Of a stretch of DNA of 64,000 nt, positions 25,401 to 38,500 are shown piece after piece. Positions within the stretch are counted from its first letter, which is position 1; every line of letters starts with the position of its first letter. Both the position numbers and the translations under genes were made by a program. The notes beneath the pieces were generated by a model. It made no database searches and had not been told where the DNA came from. It saw nothing but the letters and a program-made list of their open reading frames with translations. The DNA is from Botryllus schlosseri (lineage: Eukaryota): assembly GCA_051294905.1 (NCBI GenBank), contig CM119385.1, positions 13,454,001-13,518,000 of the forward strand. The letters run 5' to 3'.

Positions 25401-27814
25401 AATGTTATTTCAGATCTTGAGCCGTCGACTCAGACGCCGTTTGTACTCTCAGTCATGAGTTTATAGCGACTGTTACACATTCCTGACACAAACGCAGACA
25501 GTGTTTGTTCAGATTCGGTCATTCCACAGTCCACACACTGGTTCAGAAATAGGCGTAGCGCACGATTTTACGACTACGAGATATTATTCTCGCGCCAGAT
25601 CAATGTTATGACGATCTCTTTGTATGAACTAAATATGAAAATTAGCTGACCGCATGCAGTAAACTACCGCGTACGTCACGGTGAAAGTATATGTAGCAGT
25701 CTCCCCCAAGCGGCAGAAAATATTTCGGCACTAGTCAATGTCATACGCCCAAAAGCTAACAGTATGTACTTATTCTCAATTTAGAATGCGAGGAGCTGGA
25801 CAGCTGCTATTGCGCGGGAACATTTGCCGACCAATGTATACAAGAGAATGAATACGCTTTAATCGTAAGTCTGGCTTGTTTCTGACGTGCATATGAAATC
25901 CATGGTTCGGACGTATTGCACATAGGTATATAGGTAGGCATATAACATAACATAACATAACATGGTTGGGTGATATTTTTATCTGAACAAGTCACACACA
26001 ATGTACAATGCGATAAGACACAATGCGATGTCATGAACAGATAGGAGGATGTAGAACGACACGCATCAGTAGCGATCCTTTACTCTAACATCCACCTCGG
26101 CCTAGAGTGCCCGATGTCACAGTTCTTTTTCGATGTTGATCTCTTTGAAGCCGCGGCTCTTTCTACTAGTTCTTTTCCATTCTTTGTGAGTGCTTTCTTT
26201 TCGTCGGGTCTTTTTCTGGGCTTTTTTGTCGCCGTAAGAACGGCAACGGCAGGGGAAGAGGAGCCCAGATAAACCTCCGACGGCAATCGAACGCGGTTCG
26301 CCTGCGTGCTGGGCGCTTATCGTAACCACTACACTATCTCCCCTGCTTGGCCTACTTGGGTAGTAGGCTAAGTAAAATCCTGCTATATCCCCTCTTCATT
26401 ACCAGATTATTTATATAGGTTCTAAACGACAAAAGTTATAGGCCACGACCGGAGGGGATCCAACTAGTTATCGTCAAAACTACTTTAAGTGGAAATAGAA
26501 AATGAAGATTTGAAAAGTACTCAAGTTTGTAGTTTTGAAAAGTAGATTTGGATCTTGATACTCTTACTACTTACTACTTTCAAAATTGCAGGGTGCATCT
26601 TCACGACCGCAAAATGACTAATTCCACTACATGTCGGTGCAATTTTCCAAAATATATTCAATTACCGCTATGACAATTGCACTCAGAAATGTACTAGAAA
26701 CATATCTCAAATTATCTTTCTATACTTTAGAAAATCCAGAGTCAAAAGAGTCGGTAGTTTTGCCTGAAACGCTGTTAAGTAGAAGTGTAACTAGTTGAAA
26801 AACACAACGATTTGAATAAATAGTACAAGTATAGGCAAAACCGACTTGAGTACACCGAAAAGGTAGTAAAGTAGGCTGGCCTCCTCTGCATAGTATATAG
26901 TCAATCAGTGACGCTAAAAGGATGAAATTCGCAAAGGGGTGGTCATAGTGCTTGACTGTTCGTTACTGCGCTTATAACCTATAGCCACATTTGAAAGCCA
27001 CCGCTCTACTACTAGTTAGAATTTCGTAGATTTGCCGAAACTAACGAATTTCCCTCTGGCCGCGACACAACAAGATGCGTAGATTTATGGGATCCGGAGG
27101 TTTACACTCCGCACTCCTGCCAGTGGCCTTAACCTCAATTACTCTTACTGAACATACCTGAATTCATTCCAATGTGGCCAATATACTCACAGATACTACA
27201 AGTTTCCGTTTTGCTCATACTCATCACTGCTCCTGTCGGCGTGTTTCTTATCGGAGTCGCTGGACCTCGCCTTTTACCGAAGGCAAGTAACACTGACGAC
27301 CAGACAAATAGCAGAAGAGTGTCCATGCAGCCGATTGAGGTAAGTGTCTTACTGTTCGTAAGTATACCTATTCGGTTACGTTTAATTGACTTCGAGTTTA
27401 GAAAAATAAAATTGGGAAATTTCATGTTGTAATTGGGAAATTATTACAGGCTGAGCATGGAACCGTAAATCCGACATTCAACAGCGTTCTACCTCACGCA
27501 GAGTCTGATCATGCTGGTAAGCTTGCGATACCGTCGTGTGGACGGTACATACATATAGACATACACATAGCCAGGGACAAGTCACGCACTTGACACAGGC
27601 ACAATTCTGCCTGAATTTTTAATTTTGGTATTGACTGACGCTGCCGATCATTAGAGTCAGTTCAAAGTCTCAGTCTCAATAAATTTTACAGATTTCGGTG
27701 CAATTAACGAATTATGTACCGCTTGTTCAACTGTTGAAAACTTTTTCAGCTGGCAACACGAATCTTACGTTCGTTCACGAAAGCAACGACGATGTCGGCA
27801 ACACCCATCTGTGA
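19350..27814 (+). CDS. SLC9B2: NHA-type Na+(Li+)/H+ antiporter, SLC9B1/B2-like; 17 coding exons, about 653 aa, 5' end incomplete
   Basis: Spliced exons give hallmark NHA motifs LPPLPPLLG, LRNMALGIILGRAGL, LPCIIEAC, GVPSLLIAGASIDDIVAI (DD ion site), FQPLLFG, WIPKATVQAAIGG and LILITAPVG..GPRLL. All junctions are GT-AG and phase-compatible. B1 vs B2 orthology cannot be resolved by eye. Confidence 0.93.
19967..20146 (+). CDS. SLC9B exon, N-terminal tail NDSDLDKSAEYYRY...MDSEQSRE
   Basis: aaacag acceptor; strong AAA|GTGAGT donor in phase 1 matches the 22215 acceptor. Confidence 0.7.
22215..22331 (+). CDS. SLC9B exon FGWSDESCCHKCG...RILAR
   Basis: ttttccacag acceptor, gtaaat donor; GCP aligns with ACPP of NHA2. 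Confidence 0.8.
22397..22537 (+). CDS. SLC9B exon VMVVLAWGFVYSVT...GLPGSSLF
   Basis: TM1 and LPG motif; GT-AG. Confidence 0.85.
22621..22716 (+). CDS. SLC9B exon ILMVFLFG...LPPLPPLL
   Basis: NHA LPPLPxLLG motif; GT-AG. Confidence 0.88.
22859..23001 (+). CDS. SLC9B exon SLLIGILLRNVP...RAGLEVDKK
   Basis: Motif match; GT-AG. Confidence 0.92.
23071..23198 (+). CDS. SLC9B exon QMYKLRW...PCIIEAC...WQWSFLL
   Basis: Motif match; GT-AG. Confidence 0.92.
23465..23537 (+). CDS. SLC9B exon FVCGAVAPACVVPSM...GYG
   Basis: Motif match; GT-AG. Confidence 0.92.
23615..23726 (+). CDS. SLC9B exon VEHGVPSLLIAGASIDDIVAI...
   Basis: DD ion-binding motif; GT-AG. Confidence 0.93.
23788..23891 (+). CDS. SLC9B exon IGHSIGIAVLEVVAG...PDRRQ
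   Basis: Motif match; GTAAGC donor. Confidence 0.9.
23960..24115 (+). CDS. SLC9B exon HNVVRDRTFLL...GAGTLGTLV...GWPHNQT
   Basis: Motif match; GTAAGT donor. Confidence 0.92.
24655..24763 (+). CDS. SLC9B exon EAVAHHFKAIWFFFQPLLFGLTGA...ETV
   Basis: FQPLLFG motif; GTGAGT donor. Confidence 0.92.
24990..25126 (+). CDS. SLC9B exon KALAC...AIRL...WIPKATVQ
   Basis: PKATVQ motif; GTAAGG donor. Confidence 0.93.
25233..25334 (+). CDS. SLC9B exon AAIGGVAMSK...YDAVGMKK
   Basis: AAIG motif; the phase-0 GTATAA donor is required by the next exon. Confidence 0.85.
25943..26343 (-). mobile_element. tRNA-derived SINE, copy 1 (SLC9B intron)
   Basis: Head GGGGAGATAGTGTAGTGG...GTTCGATT with A/B boxes; body highly similar to 35765-36154; (ATGTT)n tail. 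Confidence 0.8.
27193..27339 (+). CDS. SLC9B exon ILQVSVLLILITAPVG...GPRLL...QPIE
   Basis: Last TM motif; GTAAGT donor. Confidence 0.92.
27450..27516 (+). CDS. SLC9B C-tail exon AEHGTVNPTF...SDHA
   Basis: ttattacag acceptor, G|GTAAGC donor, in phase. Confidence 0.7.
27750..27814 (+). CDS. SLC9B terminal exon GNTNLTFVHESNDDVGNTHL*
   Basis: ctttttcag acceptor in phase 1, then TGA. An alternative upstream ttttacag acceptor exists. Confidence 0.6.
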
Positions 27815-27984
27815 AGCTACAAACTTGAAAACCAATACACTGTAATGCACAAAACCTTCACGAGTTCATATATTTGTACGCCAAAACTCATCTCATACCG
27901 GAATGAGTCTTTTATTGATTCTGACATGGCTCCGAATGAGACATCAGTACATTTCTTTACTTGTTTATTTATTCTTGTCGAAGC

Positions 27985-27990
27985 AATAAA
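27985..27990 (+). promoter_or_regulatory. Candidate polyadenylation signal of the SLC9B gene
   Basis: AATAAA about 170 nt after the proposed stop. Confidence 0.3.
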
Positions 27991-30072
27991 TTAAGTTCTG
28001 TCGAATTACGATTATGGATGTTGCGAGAAAATTGTACAGTTCATACATACATGTATATTACTTTGTTATTGAGCGTAATTAAAGCAAGTTATCGAACAGA
28101 AAGTGGTTTCGCGATAACAACGGACAAGAAAGCGAAACTTCTGACGTAGGCCATCTGTGTATATCGATATATAATGACGCCACAATGAAGTATACTGGAA
28201 TCTACTATACACGTCGCGCTTCCAGAGCTAATGTAGAATAGAAATGTGTCCAGCCCCGTTCAATTAAGTATAGGATCCTATAGGCCTTTCCTGATCCGGA
28301 ATAATTATGTTCGTTTTGACAAATCACTAGACCTGACCGACAGTATACAAGATTTTGAAATCGAACTTCGTGAGAATATAGATAACTAACCTACGTAGGT
28401 TAGTTATCTATACTGAGAAGTATCCTACAAAGTTGCGAAGGTGTGATCACACAGGTGATGCAAAAGCTTGATGATGTCAAGTTTCTATTGAGATTTTATA
28501 GTAGCCTGCGCAAAACAGTGAGTCGCAGTCGCCTTCAGAAATACAAAATCCCGTTCTGATTCGCAACCGGTAGGATACTTCAGGAAGAATGCAAATCCGA
28601 ACGCAATGACGCAAGCACCGATTATTCGCGAGGAGACGATTCATTCCATTACTGACGTCATTCTCCGGCTATAGATCCTACCAAGAAGCCTAGCAGAGCA
28701 GGGAATATTCGAGTAGCTTGTTGCGCAGAGAGCTATTATATAAATAAATTAATGGTAGAGTAAAACAATTGCGCTACGTTTGCTTTATGAAAATCTCGTC
28801 AAGACAGCTAAACATTTTATTAGATAACAAGCAACAATAATTACTTGTGTATTTGTAAACGGTTTTAGACTGAACTTCCTAAATCCATCCGAAGTAGATC
28901 AAGATGTGATTTGACGTATTAAACAGTTATAAGAACGGATACAACTGAATCGAAACGACTTTCCAAAAGAGATCTCTGCAGCGCAAACGGCATTAGGATT
29001 AAGCAAGGCCGAAACCATCAAAAGCTCTTCTATCGATGCAGCCGAGTAAACATTTGAAAAGCGCCGGGAATATCTGGATATCGGTCACACAAAATATCCG
29101 GGTGCTTTCCAAGCGAATTCGAGGATATCCCCTACGTTCTTTAGTAAAAATAAGATCAATACGGCAAAAAAAATCGGCATGGGAATCCCCGGGTACTTTC
29201 CAGAATTTCGGGTAATCCCCTCGATTTTTGACCGTATTCACCAAATCTTAGCGGAAATTTGTAGGGGATACGCCCAACTTCGTTTGGAGAACACCCGGAT
29301 ATTCCGATATGTGTGCATTCCCAGGGTACATTTCGAACGAGTGTTATGAATCCCCTTCAGTTCTCGATGTCATTTACCAAGTTTTCACGAAAAGGCGTAG
29401 GCGATTTCTCTAAAATCGGCTGGAAAGTACCCGGATATCGACATTGGGGCATTCCCTACATGGTTTACAGCTATCGACAATCATTGCCGGCTGGAGCGGA
29501 TTTTCAGCGCTATTCCAGTCTCGCCATCATCAGATATCAAGCTTTAAGCGGGCCGTGACTGTCGCTATTTCCGTGTCCTCCGCATAATCATTGCGAAAAA
29601 TGATGCCTCAAGATCGTTTCCAGCTATATATTGACAATCTCGAAAGGTCTCCTCAGCTGATAAATTGAAACGCGTTTTCAATACGCTCACATACAATCTC
29701 AAAGAATGCATTTTATTAACGTTGGCCCTCCAACGCGTCTTGTTAACTAAAGAAATCGTACGCGAGACAACGCAACATTGATGAACAAATTGAAGAAGTT
29801 CATTACGACTTACTTGATTTACACTAGCAGCGTAATTCCATGTATGCGTTGCCATCGTGACCAGTATAAATTAATTGGTGTGTGTTATTTTTTTAAAGTG
29901 TATGGCATTTAAGTACAAGGCTACCAAGGGTAGGTCACATTTACGATGGGAGAGAGCACATTTGCTTTTCTTATAAAATTGCATCTTTAGCTGATACACT
30001 TGATTTATAACGTCTTGCCTATCATAGGTCAACTTCCACAGTGTCGCTCAATTTAGCAATGTGGGATATATA

Positions 30073-30429
30073 CAGTGGTGGCCTTACGAACGGGGGGGCC
30101 CTGGGCGAGACTTACCGGGGGCCCCCTATAAGTATCTAACGACTATGTCTGTTATTGTATGTGTCTAAGGATAGACTACATCAAGACTAAGTAATTCTAC
30201 CGCATGCAGAGACGTGATGATCATCGGGATACGGGACTTTTCTAAAAAATGCAGAGATTTGATGATGATTGACACATCCGTACGGAATCATATTCTGGCC
30301 TGGTACACGGATTTCCATGTTTATTCGTTATTATCCTTAAAAAAAGCGCATAATCCGAATAGGCGGGCCCTTCGACCAGGGGGGCCCCCGGGCGACCGCC
30401 CACCTCGCCCACCCCAAAAGCCACCACTG
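30073..30429. mobile_element. hAT-type MITE between the two genes
   Basis: TIR CAGTGGTGGC; exact TSD GATATATA; GGGGGCCC subterminal motifs. Confidence 0.88.
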
Positions 30430-32277
30430 GATATATATCATGCTGCTTCAGCAGTTCCTTTCTTACCAATATTACGAAGGACCTAATACTGTGAGACAAG
30501 AACGAATTGGGTTTGAGTTAACTGTGCACTGTGCACTACATGCTCATTAATAAATTTGACTTGGACTTACAAATGATATTGTGCTACTTTTGGACTTGGA
30601 TTTCAAGCTTAGGTCTTAAACAGGGTGTGCATTAAAAAGTCAAGTCTGCAAAATCCTCAGATTCCATGCAACAAATATAAAAGTCATGGCACCGAGCATA
30701 ATAAATCGACATGACATATACAGATATTGACACACGCACTAATGCAACGCACTAATGCAACGTTACCAATGCAAGAAAATTAATAAAACCACAACAGAAT
30801 TCTAGTACACTCCTCAATTTTTAGTGTGAACAAATCCATCGGATGTCATGTCCACAATCCGCCCAGTAGAAATATTGCATCAATGGAATGAACTTTTCAG
30901 ACGTTGGTGTCAATGGGTGGGTTGGAAAAAATAAAAAGGGATCGAATTTTTCAAACTTTCACACAGTCGAATACAAAGTTGTAATTACAGTATTTAATGA
31001 GCTTCATAGACAAACAACTCTGCCTCCCAAACGAGGCAAATACAGTCCAGTTTACACTACCAGGAAAGTAATGGCGGAATCCTATTTGGGAATAGCCTTT
31101 AACACGTTGTGCAGGGATATGTGCCAGAATTCGATCGTACTGCCATATTAGCAAGAGCCGGAAGTGAAACAGGCACATCTAGGAGCTAGGTTATAATATC
31201 AAACAGCTATATAATCGACATAAATGTAATCAAGACACCTGCTACTGCTACCAAGCTGAATTATCAAGAGTCCGACATCGAGCTAAGCTAGTAGTGTAAA
31301 CTGAACATTTGCTAGGCTGCTAAGCGTGCACCAAACAAAATCAAAACAAAGTACAGATGCATGATCACGATTCTTAAAAGCACCCATAATTAGGCCCAAG
31401 AAAACTCGAATATCACCCCTTAAATTACCAGCACATCACCAAGAAGGTGGTGTTGCGTTGGTATAGGCTACATTATTGAAATGAATCTGCCTTAGACACA
31501 TGAAATCTGCAAAATAACACATCAATTATGACAGTACTGCAAGACATCAGCTGCTCACATTTTATAACCGGCCGCATTTAACCAGAACATGACGATAGAA
31601 CCGAGTGGGATATAAAATAACGTCTGTTGTCTCAACAATTTTACAATCATATCGAGCCCGGTGACATATTTTCAAAAATTCGTCAATCATTTTCTGTCGG
31701 CCAAATTCACCACCAATACTGTAGTCTTACATGGAGTCGGTGCACACAAGAGCAATGTACTAATTGTCAATAAAGAAATGAAATTTTAATTGCTGATGCC
31801 CTAGTTAAGTAAAGCGGTAGGTCCCATGCCATTTGTTCCATGATAGTAGCCTGCTCTCAGGCTATAGATAGTAATTTATCTGCCAAAGAACGAATGTCGT
31901 AAAGACTGATATTCTCAGGCGACTCCAAAATCTGGTTTGAGACTTTGAGGGCGTATGGTAATAGATTACTACATTGCCATGAATCACAAAGTCTTTTCGG
32001 TTGAAAGACGAATAGGATTATAATCATAGGACAGGCGCTATAGTTGAAATGAAAGGGCATATCAGTCTTTAAGTTTGTATTCGTCAAAATCGTACGCATC
32101 ACTCGCGCCGGTGATAAAATATTACTTTCTCGTTATGTACAAGCTTCTTAAGTGCGACGGAATCACGCGCACCATACTTTGCCTCGATTGTGTTTGACGC
32201 AAGTAACGTTTACGAGATCACTTGTAACCGGTGTTTGGAGTGATTCATTGCGATGGAAGTGGGTAGCGGTTGGTTAC

Positions 32278-32504
32278 TTAGACGGAGAAATAGACGTAGA
32301 TGAAGATTCCGATCGATAGGATGATGATTAGCAGGGATCTCAGAAGGATGACGGCGCGCGGGTCTTGCTTGATGCTCGTGATCTTCCTCACGTTTCTTCT
32401 CTTCTCTTCCAGAGTCATGTTGCTGGTGTCTTCCGTGTTTGAGTACCCGCAAAACCAATCGTAGCCCTTCCTCCATATGCTCTGTTCGCCCTCTTCTACG
32501 CTGA
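32278..32504 (-). CDS. SLC5A3 terminal exon SVEEGE...YDWFCG...IFIYVYFSV*
   Basis: tttccacag acceptor; DWFCG motif and last TM; TAA. Confidence 0.92.
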
Positions 32505-35500
32505 CTGTGGAAACAGTAACGGTAATCAACGATTGACATAAGGTCAAGCAGATGAGCATGAATTAGGATTTAGATAATAGGATGTGAAGATTTTCGTCGG
32601 TTCTAGTTCTCGAGTTTTTTGAAAACAGATTTCGGTTTTGGACGTTGAATCTCTAATGCGGTGATTCTCAAAATGTGTGCCCCCACAGATTGTCACGTGT
32701 GCCATGAATCGTTCTGAAATTTTGGAAAAACAACTGTGTAGACTTGAAAATCGCTCAACAGCTTCAATAGTTAATAAATATGCACGTGTTACGAGGAAAT
32801 CAATTACATGTATTGCCGATGGAAGAGGGTAATATCAAGTCAAACGGATGAGTCTCAATACTTTTCATTAATCTGGTTGCCCCTCACAGGAATGAAAAGT
32901 GAATGTACTTATGGTGCCGTGTTCACTTGCGATCTCAACAGTTCAAATTTATGGGTAAAATACGCAGATTTAGGCAGTAAACACAACACCGCACCTTCTT
33001 CGATCAATTTTGGCTTCTCTCCGTTCGTGAATCCGGTGTCGTTTTCGCCGTTTGCGAATCCGTTTTTGTGCAGACTGTCAAGTTCAGTTTCGTCCTCGAG
33101 CAAGTCGGTTCTTCTCTCCTCCCAATTCTTGGACCACCAAGTTATCCTGGCAATCTGGCGAAGGTTAGATACATAAGATATAGCTTGACCCTGCAAGGTT
33201 ACCCGAATTTCAAATATCAAAAACGAATATACCAATATTTTTTAGCCTCAAAGACCGATAGCAGACAATCATATGATATCTTCACACAGCTTCAAGGATG
33301 CAAAATAAAGTATTTACGATTACTTTTTCAATCAATCATAATCAACATTTGCAGTTAACGTAATCGTGTGTGTTCATGGTTCATTTATCATTCAATTTCA
33401 ACAGAACATACGATAGGCGAATGACGAAACAAATAGTAAGACTTGATTTTTGTCAAATCTACAACTAAAATTGTAGCTTGAATGTCCATATTCTGCATGG
33501 CGCTATTGATGTTGAGGATATACCCAATTAACAGATTATAGATAATTCCCGCTTAACACCCTTTTTCGGTTTTAATGTGCCTGGTCCAGGCACATTGACT
33601 ATTTGGCAAGGCAATATCGCACTAGCAACATTCGATGAGCTCACCCTGTCTTTAGTGGGTTTATCCGTGAGCAAACTGACAATGACGGCGATAATCACAG
33701 TGATTGCGAAGAGGATGAAGGCAAAGTACATGAAGTGGAGATTGCCTATAATGACCTGATACCATTCTGGCCTGAAAAAAGTGGTATTGTTAGCTGGAGT
33801 TACAGCTTAACAAACATTGGGAAATTATATTATTATAATCATTGTTATTCAGTATACTCCGGACTGCTAATGACTCGGGTGACAGAGCCATTTCCGTACA
33901 GTACGAATTATGAAGCTTTCAAAATTTGGAAGTCTGCCTCGTAACAAAACCCGCATGACTAAGTATATCTCAGCGGTGGTAGTAACAAAGTACGGTACTT
34001 CTACTGTTTGGAATTGCTTGAGTAGGTTCGGTCTACTTACTTATTTGGTTATGTTTAAGACTGCTTTTACTTGTACTCAAGTTTTTTATGCTACACTGCC
34101 ACATTTTCACACTTTTGAATTTGTAAAGTAGAAAGCAGTTCTGAGCAAGTCTGCAACACTTTACCGGTGAAATTGTCATGGCAACTGGTCGGAATAGTCC
34201 TGTATAATTCCAACTGAATATATTTTCCAAAATTGTAGAAATTCATAGTTTCATTACTCAATAGTCGTTTTTCGTTGGTCACAATGGCACATCTTGAAAT
34301 TCAAAAAATGTTGGCCTCTCGATTGCCAAAGTATGTGGACCCACGTGCATATCCACTTTTGAAACAGCTTACCTAATAATTATAGACCATTATTTTCCAC
34401 TTCCACTCGAAATAATTCTTACATTTACCCTCACCTCATATCTTCTGTGACGCAAGATCCCGCCTGCGATTGGTAAGCGAAAACGACGATCATACGAATG
34501 ACCCCGACAAAAATTCCGGACATTAGCCCCCAAAACGCCCCTATTTCGTTACATCTCGGCCACAGCACAGCGGTCATGAACACGGCGGCGATAGGCGGGG
34601 CCAGATATCCGCTGATTTCTTGGATGGACAGAAACAGCTGGCCTCCTTGCAACGCCAGCATGAGAGGAATCTGTGTGTGAATAATATTAAAATAATACAA
34701 TGTATATTACAGTATGTAACAAAATGAGAAAAAAAATTAGGCAGAACTTCTGGGATTGTTTTCTATGGTTTTTAAGGTTGCTGATCACAAATATAACAAT
34801 TTTGCCAGATTGACTCTGGGTTGGAAGATAGTCAACCACTAAATAACCCCAAATGACCGCATTTACGTCCTCAACTAGAAGGTTTTGAGTGGCACGTGTA
34901 GTAATTTTCAGAATTAGGTATATTATTATCAAACAATGAAGTGTCCACGTAATTTATTGTGAACTTGCAAGGTCAAATTTGAGATGTTGATGACTAAAAA
35001 TCCCTAGCAAGGGCCGCGAAAGGGGCCATGCCCCCACATTTTCGTAAATCTTTGCAATTTAACATAGAGTAGAGCATTTCACAGTATATCGATTTAACTT
35101 GATTTTTTCATGATATCAATATCAGCCATTTTGGTAAGATCTGTCTTGAATTCAATACTCAAGTGACCCGTGTAACGGCTTGGATAACGCATTTGGCCTT
35201 TTGGCCAAAAAGGCTGCCCACTCCTGTCCTAAACACTTCACCTAGTAGGAAGTAGATGATGGTTTTTTTTACTGTTATGCTGTACATAAACAGACTATGA
35301 AGAACCCACATGTGGTCCTCCGACAATTTGGATTTTGCTATGTAGTAAGTAGTTTTGGAATAGGTTTACGTTCGCGTTTATGAGTGAAATTTTCATAACG
35401 ATTGTACGAAATTGCCTTGTAATACAGTAAACAAATATGTTTTTGAATGTTCTTGAATTCACAAAGAAGCATCGTGCAACACCTTTACTTCTACACGGGT

Positions 35501-38500
35501 ACCGATGATGACTACTTTCACCTTGTCTGGGCATTGGTGTTTTCAGAATACTGACGCTTCTACGTAACAGTCTTCGAAGGCATGATACTTACTGTGTCCA
35601 ACATTATCAAACGGGAAGTAATTATGGATAGACTTGATGTAGGAAGTGATGTAGGAAGAGACATGGTACGCATGACAGTTTTGCCACTACTCGGGTATTT
35701 TTGTCAAAATGGCTGCCTCGTAAATTACTAATTAAACTCGTCATTAGGATACAGAATAGAGTAGGGGGAGACAGCGTAGTGGTGACAATATGCGCCCACT
35801 AATCGGGCTGCCCCGGTTCGATTCCTGTTGGAGGTTTATCTGGGCTCCTCTCCTCCTGCCGTCGCCGTTCTTACGGTGACAAAAAAAAAGCTCAGAAAAA
35901 GACCCGACGAAAAAAAGCACTCACAAGGAATGGAAAGAACTAGAAAGGGCTGCGGCTTCAAAAGATCAACATCAAAAAGAACTGTGACATCGGGCACTCT
36001 AGGCCGAGGTGGATGTCAGTCTAAAAGACACCAACTGCGTGTCTTTCGACACCCTCCTATCTGTACATTACATCACATTGTGTCTTATCGCATTGTACAT
36101 TGTGTGTGTTTTGTTCAGATGAAAATATAACTCGACGACTATTATTATTATTATAACAAGTACACTTGAATTTCAGCATGTGCGGTATCACCGGCTGCAT
36201 TGTATGTGTAGTTTATATATGTTTTATATATGTTGAAACTTTCAGGAATGCTATTTGCAACATACATTCCCCACTTGCAAAATGCTGTTTATCCTGATAA
36301 ACACCGCAGTTCAGGGTGTGCCCCATGAAACAGTAACAATCACACTATACAGGACTTTGCAAGGTTGCGAAAAATTTCAAATTTTACAACATTCCAGTCA
36401 CACAAGTCTCTTACCCAAGCAATGCTGAGGCCAACCATGACAAGCACCCAAAGTCGACCAACAAGCATGAGTTCTCTGGTAGTGGCCCGGGGTCGCACGA
36501 CCCTTTTCCAAATATCGATGGTAAATATAGTGCTTGCACTGAAAATACAGGTGAAATATTTTAGACGGGTTTACCTTAATGCAAACAATGAAAAATGGTG
36601 AGGCAATCAGTTTACTGAAAGCCATTGTGAATAGCACCACTATTTCGAGAATGCACAATAGCTGCTACAGACCTGATTACGGTTCCCATGGTAACTCAGC
36701 ACAGTAGTTGAATACCGACTTTATATTGCTTTTCATGACAAATTTGAACAGGTTTCAATCATTCCCATTATTTGTCTTGTCAGGTTTGTTTAGCAATGCA
36801 AGTCATCTAACCACAAGGATAGCGATTGGTGATTCATGGGCGTATATTGAAGCCATTAAAAATAACACTGCAAGCAAGAAGCATCAAAACCTGTTGATAT
36901 TGCGAAATGATCGCAAGATGGTAGGCCTACCTAGCAAGCAGTTTATTGATGATGATTCCCCTGCTGCTCGCATTTCATATGAGCTACCATATTACCATCA
37001 TAAACTACCCAACTACCATCTACCATTGCAAAGTTATTATTATATCTAGTGCTCGTCACCCAATCATTAATTTCGCACAAATAATGAGGAAATAATAGCT
37101 CTTGCAGCTGCTCGGACATTGAATCACACCTAATACATCAATAAGAAATATCCACCTGTTGAATATTGAATCCAAGTCACTCATCAAAGCAGCGATCATG
37201 ACACTCATCATCAGACCACGAGCACCTAAAAAAGTTTGCTCCAGTTTTCATTGTGGCTCCAATGCAGGCATATCAAACATACCGCAACGCCAGCGATGCA
37301 ATGCGGAGTAAGCAAAAATAATGCTAGTATCATTCAGTAGGTTTTCATCGATAGTTAAGATTCACAATACAAATGCTTTGAAGCAAATAACCCCACGAGA
37401 TAGCAAATGTTCATAGGCCTCAACCAGGGTTAGTTCGGATATCAATAATTTTCACTATCCGGATAACGGATATATCCGGATATTTTGAATTTAGCTAACC
37501 GGTTAACCGGATAATGAATGCTAAGTGAGATAATCGATTTCACGAGGTCTGCATGAAAAATGGATCGCAAAATCATTACGCAGTGTTATTGTAGATTTAT
37601 ACGTACACGTACAGTACGAGCGAATACGAGAAAAATCACGCAAATTTAATGTTCACTACTTCTGCAACTCCTTCCTTTTAAAGTACACTGCATCAATAGT
37701 GGCATCCTGTAGCAGGACTGGAGTTTTGTAACAATGAGTCCACACGTATTAAATGCCCTTTCTCAGGGTTGTAACCAAGTCACAAGGCACCGAGTCACAA
37801 GTCAATCTCAGTTTTATAGTTTTGACTCGAGTCAAGTCGAGTCATTTTCAATTCACCACCGAGTCAAGTCCGAGTCCAAGTCAGCGAAAATAGGGTCGAG
37901 TCCGAGTCACGGCATTATGACTCGAGTCGAGTCCAAGTCATTGTGTTGACTGCTCAGATTCCTGTTAATGTTTTGGTAAACTCACCTTTTATAACTCTGT
38001 TTGGTGATATCGGATGGTTCGCATTTATAAGATACTAATTTTCCTCACTTTTAGCAGTTTCTGGCCTCATTGTCAAGTACCAGTACCAATAGACGAAATC
38101 CCAATAATGTGATCATTTTACTATTCTTTGAAATTACAATGAAATGTCGGTCTTGGCGGTCTGCGTCTCGAGTCATATGACTTGACTCGAGTCATGCACA
38201 ATGACTCGAGTCCAAGTCGAGTCAATACAGAAATTGACTCGAGTCGAGTCGAGTCATTTCCGTATTTTGAGAAAATGACTCGAGTCAAGTCGAGTCATCA
38301 GAAAATCGTGACTCGAGTCTGACTCGAGTCATTACAACCCTGCCCTTTCTGCTTCCACAAAATGGGCTGAATATAGTAAGCAGCGCTTCCTTTTTGTCCA
38401 TTCTCCTGTTTAGGTGTCCAGTACTGGAAGGACGAGTAGTTGATACTCGAATTGAGGCCGACATGATAGCTCGCTCTAATTCCTCCATGGGAAATTCACA

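Noticed and set aside
25807-26329. Lys-rich ORFs here and at 35828-36130
   Set aside because: They are translations of the A-rich SINE body.
29080-29480. Imperfect inverted CCGGGTACTTTCCA motifs
   Set aside because: Likely a transposon remnant, but no termini or TSD could be defined.
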